A stretch of 44,733 bases of DNA from Candidatus Micrarchaeaceae archaeon (GCA_038877255.1 JAVYWZ010000005.1:1-44733), one strand, 5' to 3'. Shown: positions 18,269-26,649, counted from the first letter of the stretch. Translations and numbers: made by a program. Notes: a model not told the origin generated them from the letters alone.

Positions 18269-19582
18269 TTGCTAAGAAGCACGTACATACGCGATGTGCC
18301 CGCAGAACCTGGCAAGGAGGTGACAGTAGGCGGCTGGGTATCACGGCTTAAGGATCTTAAGAGTACAAAGTTTGTGTGGGTTACCGATAAGACTGGAACC
18401 ATACAAGTAACGCTTGCAAAGGACAAGGTCTCTCAGGAAAATTTTTCTTTTTTTGACTCGCTCAATCTGCACGATTTCATTCTAGTAACAGGCATAATCC
18501 CTGAGAAAATACTCGCGAAGAACTTCAAAGAGATAATACCAAAAAAGATGAAGATAGTGGGCAAAGCAGAGAAGCCACTGCCAATTGATGTCAATAATAT
18601 TTTCAAATCAGAGCTCGAGACAAGGTTAGACTGGCGGTCAATAGCGCTGCGCGAGCCTAAGCTTATGCTGGCTCTCAAGGTGCAGTCCAGTCTTGTAGAA
18701 GGCATGGTCAATTATTTAAACAAACATGACTTCACGATGGTGTTCACACCGAGCATAATGGGCGTCGCTTCCGAGGGTGGCTCTGAAGTATTCCCGATAG
18801 TATATTATGATAAAACCACATACCTGAGGCAAGACCCCCAGTTGCACAGGCAGCTCCTTATGGTTGCTGGATTGGACAAGATCTATGAAGTAGGACCTAG
18901 CTGGCGCGCAGAACTCAGCCATACACCGAGGCATCTTTCGGAGCACAGAACCTGCGCTGCAGAAATCTCATTCATAGAAGACGAGCACGATGTAATGCAC
19001 GTAGAGGAAGAGCTGGTTCAGGCAGGGGTTAAGAATGTAATAGAAAAGCACAAGAACGAGCTTGATGATATTGGAATAAGCATAACGGTTCCAAAGGTTC
19101 CTTTCCCTGAACTTGACTTTCCAAATATTTACGATATTCTCAGTGAGCTTGGCAAGTCGCCTCCAAAAGGCAAAGATATAGAGCATGAGTCAGAAATTCT
19201 TCTTGCAAAGTACGTTAAGGAAAAATTCAATAGCGACTTTTTCTTCATAAACAGGTTCCCTTACAAAGTAAAGCCATTCTATGTGATGCGCTACGATGAC
19301 GATCCTGAGTACGCAAGGAGCGTTGATCTTGAATACAAAGGCATGGAGCTGAGCTCAGGCGGGCAGAGAGAGCACAGATACAACAAGATAATAGAGCAAG
19401 CAAAGGAAAAGGGCGTTAGCTTAGAAAGCATAGCGTGGTTCGCAAAGTTCTTCAAGTACGGAGCGCCGCCTCACGGCGGCTTCTCGATAGGCCTGGAAAG
19501 AATAGTTATGCAGCTGCTCAATATGCCCAACATACTGGAAGTGCCTGCATTTCCAAGAACTTCTGAAAGAGTAGTGCCATAG
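18269..19582 (+). CDS. aspS: Aspartyl-tRNA synthetase, archaeal type (probably non-discriminating)
   Basis: OB-fold anticodon domain, SEGGSEVF, YLRQDPQL, WRAELSHTPRHL, GGQR, PPHGGFSIGLER. Non-discriminating status inferred from context. Confidence 0.95.
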   Translation: MLRSTYIRDVPAEPGKEVTVGGWVSRLKDLKSTKFVWVTDKTGTIQVTLAKDKVSQENFSFFDSLNLHDFILVTGIIPEKILAKNFKEIIPKKMKIVGKAEKPLPIDVNNIFKSELETRLDWRSIALREPKLMLALKVQSSLVEGMVNYLNKHDFTMVFTPSIMGVASEGGSEVFPIVYYDKTTYLRQDPQLHRQLLMVAGLDKIYEVGPSWRAELSHTPRHLSEHRTCAAEISFIEDEHDVMHVEEELVQAGVKNVIEKHKNELDDIGISITVPKVPFPELDFPNIYDILSELGKSPPKGKDIEHESEILLAKYVKEKFNSDFFFINRFPYKVKPFYVMRYDDDPEYARSVDLEYKGMELSSGGQREHRYNKIIEQAKEKGVSLESIAWFAKFFKYGAPPHGGFSIGLERIVMQLLNMPNILEVPAFPRTSERVVP

Positions 19583-19746
19583 CAGCATGGCGGACTAGCA
19601 GATTATGCGCTGTCATTTTTAAACATTTTTGAGTAGCTAAATCAGCAATCAACTCCCTGTTTCTTATACAATGTGGCATTGTTATGACAAGCCAACTGCC
19701 GCAATAATTGCGTAACGCAATAATCTGTACGTCCTGGCGCAAAGTG

Positions 19747-19950
19747 CTATTTTTGTCTTTGCGCAAACAATGCAGAACTGTTTTGCTGCATATTGCTGTA
19801 CGTCGTGCGCTGCGCCTCCAAGACCTTCGGCTCGTCTTCCCAGTACCATTTCTCGAGCTTCTGCCGCGCGTACCTGCTTATTACAGGCGCGTGCCAAAGC
19901 ATTATTTTGCACCAAAACTGCACGTTAGGCTTTCTTGGTAACTTTTCCAT
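19747..19950 (-). CDS. Small hypothetical protein (67 aa), third gene of the divergent operon
   Basis: GAGGTG SD before ATG 19950 (MEKLPRKPNVQFWCK...). Overlaps the end of the upstream ORF. Confidence 0.55.
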   Translation of the reverse strand: MEKLPRKPNVQFWCKIMLWHAPVISRYARQKLEKWYWEDEPKVLEAQRTTYSNMQQNSSALFAQRQK

Positions 19951-20215
19951 TCTGTGCACCTCTAAGAGCGTAAACACAAGAAACATGCACGTAATGTGCT
20001 CGGCGCCTGTTGAGATAGTTACTTACCGCCCCTGGCTCCTTTGCCTCAACCATGAAGCCGTAGTCACCTTCTCCGATGCGAACCTCTTTTACACCGCTTA
20101 TTTTCAAGTACTCTAATGCAAGCGAGTATGCATTGGTGTTCTTGCCGCTGGGCTCTATGAAGAACAGGCTGCTCTGTATGGCGCTACCCATATTTCTGTG
20201 CCTTATGTTTTGCAT
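19925..20215 (-). CDS. Stand-alone RAM/Lrp ligand-binding-like domain protein
   Basis: AGGTGG SD. LFFIEP...LALEYLKISGVKEVRIGEGDYGFMVEA resembles the RAM motif (V.EV...G.YD.L.V). No HTH. Confidence 0.65.
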   Translation of the reverse strand: MQNIRHRNMGSAIQSSLFFIEPSGKNTNAYSLALEYLKISGVKEVRIGEGDYGFMVEAKEPGAVSNYLNRRRAHYVHVSCVYALRGAQNGKVTKKA

Positions 20216-20399
20216 TTCCCCACCTTGATATAAGCATTAGCGCAAGCGGTAACAGGAACAAGAGCATTAGCATAAAACGCCGGGGAAGGTCGGCGTGGTG
20301 GAAGTGTGGGTGCCACATTCGCGGGAGTACATTTATATCATGTTGAGTGGGTACGTAAGGAGTATGCTTTGTTTCGTTTCTCATGACACCCACACGCAT
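20184..20399 (-). CDS. Small single-TM membrane protein, first gene of the divergent operon
   Basis: His/Pro-rich N-terminus, hydrophobic FMLMLLFLLPLALMLI, basic tail. TTTATTAA about 22 nt upstream. Alternative start at 20384. Confidence 0.55.
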   Translation of the reverse strand: MRVGVMRNETKHTPYVPTQHDINVLPRMWHPHFHHADLPRRFMLMLLFLLPLALMLISRWGNAKHKAQKYG

Positions 20400-20415
20400 G
20401 ATATTATGCACAAAC

Positions 20416-20570
20416 TTTTATTTAATAAAGATGTAAAACACAACTAAGGCTCAAAGACATCACGACTATAAACATATGTTAATATTTCCAATAATCTAAC
20501 AATAATGTTTAAATTAAACTATAGCAAGCATAATTAATTGAACAATAAAAACAAAAACATTTATAAATAT
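20416..20570. promoter_or_regulatory. Divergent promoter region with candidate operators
   Basis: TATA-like TTTATTAA (minus, 20429-20422) and TTTATAAA (plus, 20560-20567). Palindrome AACATATGTT (20471-20480) and AAC-n6-GTT (20498-20509). Confidence 0.55.
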
Positions 20571-20589
20571 AACCTTAAATACATATAGT

Positions 20590-21963
20590 ATGGCGCAAGA
20601 ACTGCCTGAGCCTGTGGCAAAGACTTTAAGAGAGATAAAGAGAAAAAGGAATACAAAGCATGCAATTTTTGTGGTAAGCACAAAAAGGAACTACTATGTA
20701 TATGAGACTACTACAGCAAAGGTTGGCGACAAAAGAAAGGCGTTCAATCTTTATCTAGGAAAGATATTTCCAAATGGGGAATTTGTAGAGGCAAAAAGAA
20801 GGCGAACGCAATACACGTATGCCTCTAGCATAGACGAAATGCTTGAAAAGAGGCGCATGGTGTATGGCGAGGAACTTGCAAACCCTGACCCAATAGACTT
20901 GGAGATACTTACAATACTAAGCGGCAATGCGCGCGCTCAGACAAAGGAAATCGCAGAACAATTAAATTTCTCTGAGGCGGCAGTGCAGCACAGAATAGAG
21001 AGGCTAGAGCAGAGGTATGGAATAAGGTACACTATTGAAATAGCGCCGAGGCCGTTCGGCTATTTCAGGTATATTGTATTAGTTAAGTTCAACAGAGGCG
21101 CGCCGGAGATACAGGCAGCTAAGAAGGCGCTTGAAGCAGCACCGACTGTTCTCTATGCTGCATTGTTAAAAGGCGATTATGACCTGTTCATCTACATGCT
21201 CGCAGAGAACACCAGACTACTTGAAGACGCAATATACGATCTGCGCTCGTCGCATGCGTTTGCGCCTTACGAGGCTACATGGTATGTTACTTACATTACT
21301 TACAGTTATGGTTATATCCCATTAAGGCCAGCGTTCTTTGGCGAGTTAAGCAAGAAGGTCTGGCACAGAACAAAGGAAACGCCCAGAAAACCAGAGGGTG
21401 CGATCACAGAAAGAGAACTTGAGGTCTTGCAAGCAGTATCAGAAAACAGCAGAAGGCCATTTGCAGAGATAGACAAAGAGCTTGGGTTAGACCCTGGCTC
21501 ATCGCTTTACACTTATTCAAAGCTTTTAGATAAACAAATAATAACGAGAGCAACAATAACAATGGAAAGGCCACCTGTAAAGTACAACATGCTGATAGTA
21601 GCAAAGCAATCAAACATCTTAGAGTTTAACGCACATAGAACAGAGTATCTAGCACATCTTATAGAGCTTACCGGCCGGGTCACTAACAAGTATTTACTGT
21701 CAAGTGATATGGGCGCTCCATATGGTTTGTTGTTTATTGCGCCTTCTTATACAGGAGATCTGTATGAAATAACAGGAGAGCTGGGAAAGTTTGCAAAGGG
21801 CTGCGTGTTTGAAACTGGCGTAATAGTGCAGGAACTTGTAGGGCGATTGGGCTACAGAAGAATAGCAAAAGAAACAACCGCGCAATATAAGACACTACAA
21901 GAGCAGGCAGAATTAGAACAAGTAAATGTCAAAAGGCAAAAGGAAAAAGCAGAGCATATTTAA
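20590..21963 (+). CDS. Large Lrp/AsnC-family regulator: extra N-terminal domain plus two HTH-RAM units
   Basis: DPIDLEILTILSGNAR...EIAEQL..SEAAVQHRIERL (HTH1), LKGDYDLFI (RAM1), ITERELEVLQAVSENSRRPFAEIDKELG (HTH2). Confidence 0.85.
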   Translation: MAQELPEPVAKTLREIKRKRNTKHAIFVVSTKRNYYVYETTTAKVGDKRKAFNLYLGKIFPNGEFVEAKRRRTQYTYASSIDEMLEKRRMVYGEELANPDPIDLEILTILSGNARAQTKEIAEQLNFSEAAVQHRIERLEQRYGIRYTIEIAPRPFGYFRYIVLVKFNRGAPEIQAAKKALEAAPTVLYAALLKGDYDLFIYMLAENTRLLEDAIYDLRSSHAFAPYEATWYVTYITYSYGYIPLRPAFFGELSKKVWHRTKETPRKPEGAITERELEVLQAVSENSRRPFAEIDKELGLDPGSSLYTYSKLLDKQIITRATITMERPPVKYNMLIVAKQSNILEFNAHRTEYLAHLIELTGRVTNKYLLSSDMGAPYGLLFIAPSYTGDLYEITGELGKFAKGCVFETGVIVQELVGRLGYRRIAKETTAQYKTLQEQAELEQVNVKRQKEKAEHI

Positions 21964-22099
21964 CAGCAACAATTCTAACTCACGACGTTCTTTTCAGGTG
22001 TTGCCGTTTCCTCCCATGCGATTCACCTGCATACCCCTAAAACCTTTGTGTTTATAAAGCTTTTGCTGCGACGCTGGAAAGACAGTATACACGTTAAGT
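21766..22099 (+). repeat. Direct repeat copy 1 (regulator 3' end plus convergent micro-ORF and promoter)
   Basis: Aligns without gaps to 22164-22497 at an offset of 398 bp. Confidence 0.95.
21994..22017 (-). CDS. Putative micropeptide MGGNGNT
   Basis: AAAAGC-TTTATAAA (22058-22051), then AGGTGA SD, 5-nt spacer, and ATG GGA GGA AAC GGC AAC ACC TGA. Confidence 0.55.
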   Translation of the reverse strand: MGGNGNT

Positions 22100-22120
22100 A
22101 TTGCACATTTTGTAATACAG

Positions 22121-22361
22121 TACAACGACATAACAGTAGCAAAACAATCGTGGTAACCTTGACGAAATAACAGGAGAGCTGGGAAAGTTTGCAAAGGGCT
22201 GCGCGTTTGAAACTGGCGTAATAGTGCAGGAACTTGTAGGGCGATTGGGCTACAGAAGAATAGTAAAAGAAACAACTACGCAATATAAGACACTACAAGA
22301 GCAGGCAGAATTAGAACAGGTAAATGTCAAAAGGCAAAAGGAAAAAGCAGAGCATATTTAA
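22121..22361 (+). pseudogene. 3' fragment of a paralog of the Lrp/AsnC regulator
   Basis: YNDITVAKQS matches YNMLIVAKQS, then an internal deletion, then GNLDEITGELGKF...KAEHI* matching GDLYEITGELGKF...KAEHI*. Confidence 0.8.
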
Positions 22362-22497
22362 CAGCAGCAATTCTAATTCGCTACACTCTTTTCAGGTCTG
22401 ACCCATTCCTCCCATGCGTTTCACCTGCATACCCCTAAAACCTTTGTGTTTATAAAGCTTTTGCAGCGCTACTGAAAAGGCAGTATACGCGACCAGT
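22164..22497 (+). repeat. Direct repeat copy 2
   Basis: Aligns to 21766-22099. Confidence 0.95.
22392..22415 (-). CDS. Putative micropeptide MGGMGQT
   Basis: Same TATA (22456-22449) and AGGTGA SD, then ATG GGA GGA ATG GGT CAG ACC TGA. Confidence 0.55.
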   Translation of the reverse strand: MGGMGQT

Positions 22498-22566
22498 ACC
22501 AAAGATTAGGCTGCTAACAGATAAAAGTGTGCAAATGGATAAAAGGTTTCAAGCTTATATTAAAGC

Positions 22567-23247
22567 ATGCAGTGTTTTGTCGGAACGTCAGGCTGGCTCT
22601 ATTCTTGGAACAAGGAAGGCACGCTTGACTGGTACATTACTAACAGCGGACTCAACGCCATAGAGCTAAATGCCAGCTTCTATAGGTTTCCTTTTCCAAA
22701 TCAGGTTGTGGGCTGGAGCCGCAAAGGCGTTTCACTTGCATGGGTTATAAAGGCAAACCGGCTTATAACGCACGTGCACATGCTCAACGAAAAGGCAGAG
22801 TTGCTTTATGCGCGTTTTATCGAGTTGTTTAAGCCTCTCGATGAGCACATTGCACTTTACCTTTTCCAAATGCCTCCTAATTTCACTTCTAACATGCAGG
22901 AAAGGCTTGTAAAATTTGCAAAGAAATTCAACGCGGAGAAAATTGCGTTTGAATTTAGGCATGAAAGCTGGTATTCTTTTGATTTCAAAAGCCTTGATTT
23001 TAGCGGTGCAATAGTTTCGCCTGATTCGCCTGAAATAAACAGAAAGGTTTTCGTAAAAAATGGCATTGCATACTTACGCTTTCATGGAAGGCGTTCGTGG
23101 TACTCTTACAACTACAGCAGAAAGGAGCTTGAAGAAATGGCTGCGAAAGCAAAAGCACTCAGGCCTAAGAAAACATATGCCTTTTTCAATAACGACCATG
23201 ATATGCTTAATAATGCGCAAGAGTTCATGCGCCTTCTTGGCGATTGA
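22567..23247 (+). CDS. DUF72 (YecE/UPF0759) family protein
   Basis: VGTSGW, IELNASFYRFP, LFQMPP, AFEFRHESW, YLRFHG, YNYS, FFNN. Confidence 0.93.
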   Translation: MQCFVGTSGWLYSWNKEGTLDWYITNSGLNAIELNASFYRFPFPNQVVGWSRKGVSLAWVIKANRLITHVHMLNEKAELLYARFIELFKPLDEHIALYLFQMPPNFTSNMQERLVKFAKKFNAEKIAFEFRHESWYSFDFKSLDFSGAIVSPDSPEINRKVFVKNGIAYLRFHGRRSWYSYNYSRKELEEMAAKAKALRPKKTYAFFNNDHDMLNNAQEFMRLLGD

Positions 23248-24147
23248 TTGGAAGCCGCTGTAAGCGTTAAACACGTTACCAAGACGTTCGGCAGCGTGAA
23301 AGCAGTTTCAGGCGTCTCTCTGAGCGTCAGAAAGGGTAGCACGCTTTTGCTCATAGGGCCCAACGGCGCAGGCAAGAGCACGCTTGAAAGGCTTATTGCA
23401 GGGCTTTACAAGCCTACTTCAGGCAGCGTGCTTGTCCTAGGCGAAGACCCGTTTGCTAACGATCGGTTGCGCGCCTCGCTTGGATTTGTGGGCGAAAACT
23501 ACTCGCTTTATGACAAGCTTACAGTTATAGACAACATACGTTTCTTCTCAGGCATGTACGGCATAGGCTTGGAAGACGCGAGGAAGGCGGCGCGCGAGCT
23601 GCTTTACGAGCTTGGCGCAGGCGAGTTTCTTGAACGGCGCGTTGGCGAGCTCAGCCGCGGTACAAAGCAGAAGGTTGCGATATGCAGGTCTTTGATAGCT
23701 GACCCAAGCATAATGGTGCTTGACGAGCCAACTGCTTTTCTTGACCCTAGCAGCGCAGAGTCGCTTCGTGAGCTCTTATACAAAGCAAACAAGAAAGGCA
23801 AAACGATAGTGTATGCTACGCAGAGGCTTGACGAGTTGAGCAGGCTTAACGGAGAAATAGCACTTCTCAACAATGGCATGCTGGTTGCAAAAGGGAGCCT
23901 TGCGCAGGTGATGCGCGAGATAAAAGGCGTTGAAGTTGAGGTTGTGCTGTCGAGAAAACCAAGCACGTCTGATTCGGCGCGGCTAATGAAGCTAGGAGCA
24001 AAGATCTTCGGCAGGCGCCTTCTTTTCAGAATAAAGAACCTTTCAGAGCTGCCTGAAATATCAGAAAGCATAGGCTCTATGCATATTGGCGTGCTCACAA
24101 TAACCTATGTCGATTACAACCTGCAGGCCAGGTGCACAGGCGACTGA
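23248..24147 (+). CDS. ABC exporter ATP-binding protein
   Basis: GPNGAGKST, LSRGTKQK, VLDEPT. Confidence 0.93.
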   Translation: MEAAVSVKHVTKTFGSVKAVSGVSLSVRKGSTLLLIGPNGAGKSTLERLIAGLYKPTSGSVLVLGEDPFANDRLRASLGFVGENYSLYDKLTVIDNIRFFSGMYGIGLEDARKAARELLYELGAGEFLERRVGELSRGTKQKVAICRSLIADPSIMVLDEPTAFLDPSSAESLRELLYKANKKGKTIVYATQRLDELSRLNGEIALLNNGMLVAKGSLAQVMREIKGVEVEVVLSRKPSTSDSARLMKLGAKIFGRRLLFRIKNLSELPEISESIGSMHIGVLTITYVDYNLQARCTGD

Positions 24148-24933
24148 ATGCATGCACAACGCGTACTTTTGCTCGCTGAGAAGGACCTGAGGGAAGCTTT
24201 CAGCAGCATAGAGATTTATGGGCCAATGCTCGGAATACCCCTTTTCTTCGCCTTTCTTCTGCCTGCGTTTACTGTTTATGTATCGCAGCACGCTGGCGTG
24301 CAGATAGCAGAGCGCATACTCGGACCTGTCGCGGTATCGCAGGCGCCCCAGATAAACAAACTTGCTTTCATAGAGTACTTCACAGAGAACGTACTTGGAC
24401 CAATATTCATGATAATGCCTATAATAACTGCTTCTGTGCTTGCAGCAGACAGCTTCGCAGGTGAGAAAGAGCGCAAAACCTCAGAGGCACTGCTTTCTTC
24501 TCCGATCTCAAACGCAGAGCTTTTCATGGGCAAGATCCTAGCTTCGGCATTACCCGCGTTTCTCATAACGCTTTCCGTGTTCCTTATATACGCCGGCATA
24601 ATAAACTATTTCACCGTTGGCGAATACGGAGTTAGCGTGTTTCCCAATGCCACATGGTACCTTATGCTTGCGAACTCGCCGTTGCTGATACTTGCTACCA
24701 TAGGGCTTGTCGTGCTTGTTTCTTCCAAGGTAAAAGGAATAAAGGAAGCGCAGCAGGTCAGTGCGCTCCTTGCCTTGCCCATATTCCTTATGCCGTTCGT
24801 AGCCATATTCAACGTCTTCTCTTTCTCAACTGCGTTCTTTGCGTATTTGCTTGCATTCCTCTTTGCCGCTGCGCTGCTTATACTTTTCATAGGAATAAGG
24901 AGCTTTAGCAGAGAGAGCATGATAAGCACATAA
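24148..24933 (+). CDS. ABC-2 type permease
   Basis: ADSFAGEKERKTSEALLSSP, GKILAS, about 6 TMs. Confidence 0.9.
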   Translation: MHAQRVLLLAEKDLREAFSSIEIYGPMLGIPLFFAFLLPAFTVYVSQHAGVQIAERILGPVAVSQAPQINKLAFIEYFTENVLGPIFMIMPIITASVLAADSFAGEKERKTSEALLSSPISNAELFMGKILASALPAFLITLSVFLIYAGIINYFTVGEYGVSVFPNATWYLMLANSPLLILATIGLVVLVSSKVKGIKEAQQVSALLALPIFLMPFVAIFNVFSFSTAFFAYLLAFLFAAALLILFIGIRSFSRESMIST

Positions 24934-25104
24934 GTCGGCAGGAGCAAGACGCTACCGATAACAAAGCGATACATGCTTTGATCGCGTTATTATGCAATGG
25001 CAAGCACTGTGGCTTCTGTTATGTAGTTGGCTGTATTCGTATAGAAATTAGAAATTAGAAATGTTTAAATATCAGGAAATGCAAAATATAAATTGGTGGG
25101 GACT

Positions 25105-25341
25105 GTGCAGATATACACAGAATCGTTATCCGAACCGCGAATCCCAGACCTAGAAAAAATTAACGCGGCAGAGATAAGAAAAATGACCGATGAGGCAATA
25201 GCGAATCCAAGCAAAAGGGAGAGCGTGCTTGAGTGCCTTGAAAAGATTTCGGCAAACAGGTCAAGCAAAGAAGGCGGGCTTGCGATTAAAGCCATAGCCA
25301 CAATACTTACAGTACAAATGCTTGAGATACTTAAAAAATAG
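25105..25341 (+). CDS. Small hypothetical protein
   Basis: GGTGG SD before GTG 25105. Helical charged protein with no recognised motif. Confidence 0.5.
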   Translation: MQIYTESLSEPRIPDLEKINAAEIRKMTDEAIANPSKRESVLECLEKISANRSSKEGGLAIKAIATILTVQMLEILKK

Positions 25342-25370
25342 CATAGCAAGCAATGCCTTCAGTTACGCCT

Positions 25371-26504
25371 TTATGCCTTCAGCGCCTTTTCATAAACAGC
25401 TTCAGTGCTCTCGTTTGAAAAGCGCTTTAACACATAAGGCACGAGCTTAGCGTATCTTCTTGCGTATTTGTCATAGTTATTAGCTACGTCGTTTAATGTG
25501 GCTCCTAAATCGTCGTCTTTGGACTCTATGCACAAGGCCTTCAGCTCTCTTGGCAGCATGCTGCTCTTTACTATTATTACAGGAACGCCCAGCGCTAATG
25601 CTTCTACTGTAATAAGCGACAGGCCTTCTCGCTCAGAAGGCATTATAAGCCCTTTTGATGTGCACAGCTCGCGGTAAAGCGAAGCCGAGCCAATGCTCTT
25701 CCTGAAATTTACCTTTTTGGCGCCTAGCGGTTTTGCCTGCGCTTTAAGCCTGCTGAATTCAGGCCCCTTGCCTATTACTACAAGCGTAGCCTTTGTTGAA
25801 GCAATAGCTTTTATGGCGAGCCAGACCCTTTTGTGCTTTACAAGCCTGCTTACCACTACAAATTTGTCTTGTTTTTTGCATCTTCGTGCGTTGCTTTTTA
25901 TAAATTTGTTTATCTCTTCCTTGTCAACTGCTGCAGGGAAGACTATCACCTTGCTTGCGTCTACTCCAAAAAGCGTTGCTAATAGGCTTTTGGTGGTCTC
26001 GCTGTTTGCTATGTGGACGTCGCCCAGCCTTGAAGCCCAGCTCTCAAAGAGATAGCCCATGCCGCTGCCTCTTGGGAAATATGCCTTCCAGAAACTTTTG
26101 CTCCAGACTTCATGCCATGTAAGTAGCAGCTTCGCACCCGTTAGCCTTGAATAAACATAGACAAGAGGAACGTGCAAGAACGGAAATGAATCAGTGTCTA
26201 TGGCGTCGAACCTGTACCTAAGCAGGTTTATGAAAAGCTTTATGGCGAATTTTATAGACATGTATGCGTTTCGCCTTGAGCCGTTTGAATACATCGCGCT
26301 TATGCCAGAGGCTTTGCTGATGCAATGGTACTTAACGCCTTCATATTCAAATTCGTAGCCTGGCATGCCCGGCCTGTATAGCGTGAACATGTGCAGTTCG
26401 TTCGACTTGTTCTTTGCCAGTATTTTGAGTATATTGTAGCGCCTCTTCTCTATGCCGCCGTTAAACCACGGGTACGCCGATTCGTATGCAAACGCGAGTT
26501 TCAA
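25371..26504 (-). CDS. Glycosyltransferase family 4
   Basis: GGIEKR, TWHEVW, SRLVKHKR, PSEREGLSLITVEALALGVP. TTG start 5 nt after GGTGG. Confidence 0.93.
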   Translation of the reverse strand: MKLAFAYESAYPWFNGGIEKRRYNILKILAKNKSNELHMFTLYRPGMPGYEFEYEGVKYHCISKASGISAMYSNGSRRNAYMSIKFAIKLFINLLRYRFDAIDTDSFPFLHVPLVYVYSRLTGAKLLLTWHEVWSKSFWKAYFPRGSGMGYLFESWASRLGDVHIANSETTKSLLATLFGVDASKVIVFPAAVDKEEINKFIKSNARRCKKQDKFVVVSRLVKHKRVWLAIKAIASTKATLVVIGKGPEFSRLKAQAKPLGAKKVNFRKSIGSASLYRELCTSKGLIMPSEREGLSLITVEALALGVPVIIVKSSMLPRELKALCIESKDDDLGATLNDVANNYDKYARRYAKLVPYVLKRFSNESTEAVYEKALKA

Positions 26505-26649
26505 GCAATCCACCTTGCAGGTCTAAATTGTCTTATCTTTTGTCTTTTGTCTTCTATTCTTTGTCTTTTTATCTTTATCTTTATTTATGTTTGTACCTTC
26601 TACAAGATCCGCTTGCTCGCAATCACCATGAGCTTTTGCGTAAAACTTG

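Noticed and set aside
21994..22283. 93-aa and 86-aa minus-strand ORFs across the repeat junction
   Set aside because: Antisense to the regulator paralog fragment and not conserved between copies beyond the short terminal peptide.
21766..22497. Template/variable repeat pair of a diversity-generating retroelement
   Set aside because: Mismatches involve all four bases and are not adenine-restricted on either strand. No reverse transcriptase or Avd gene is in the window.
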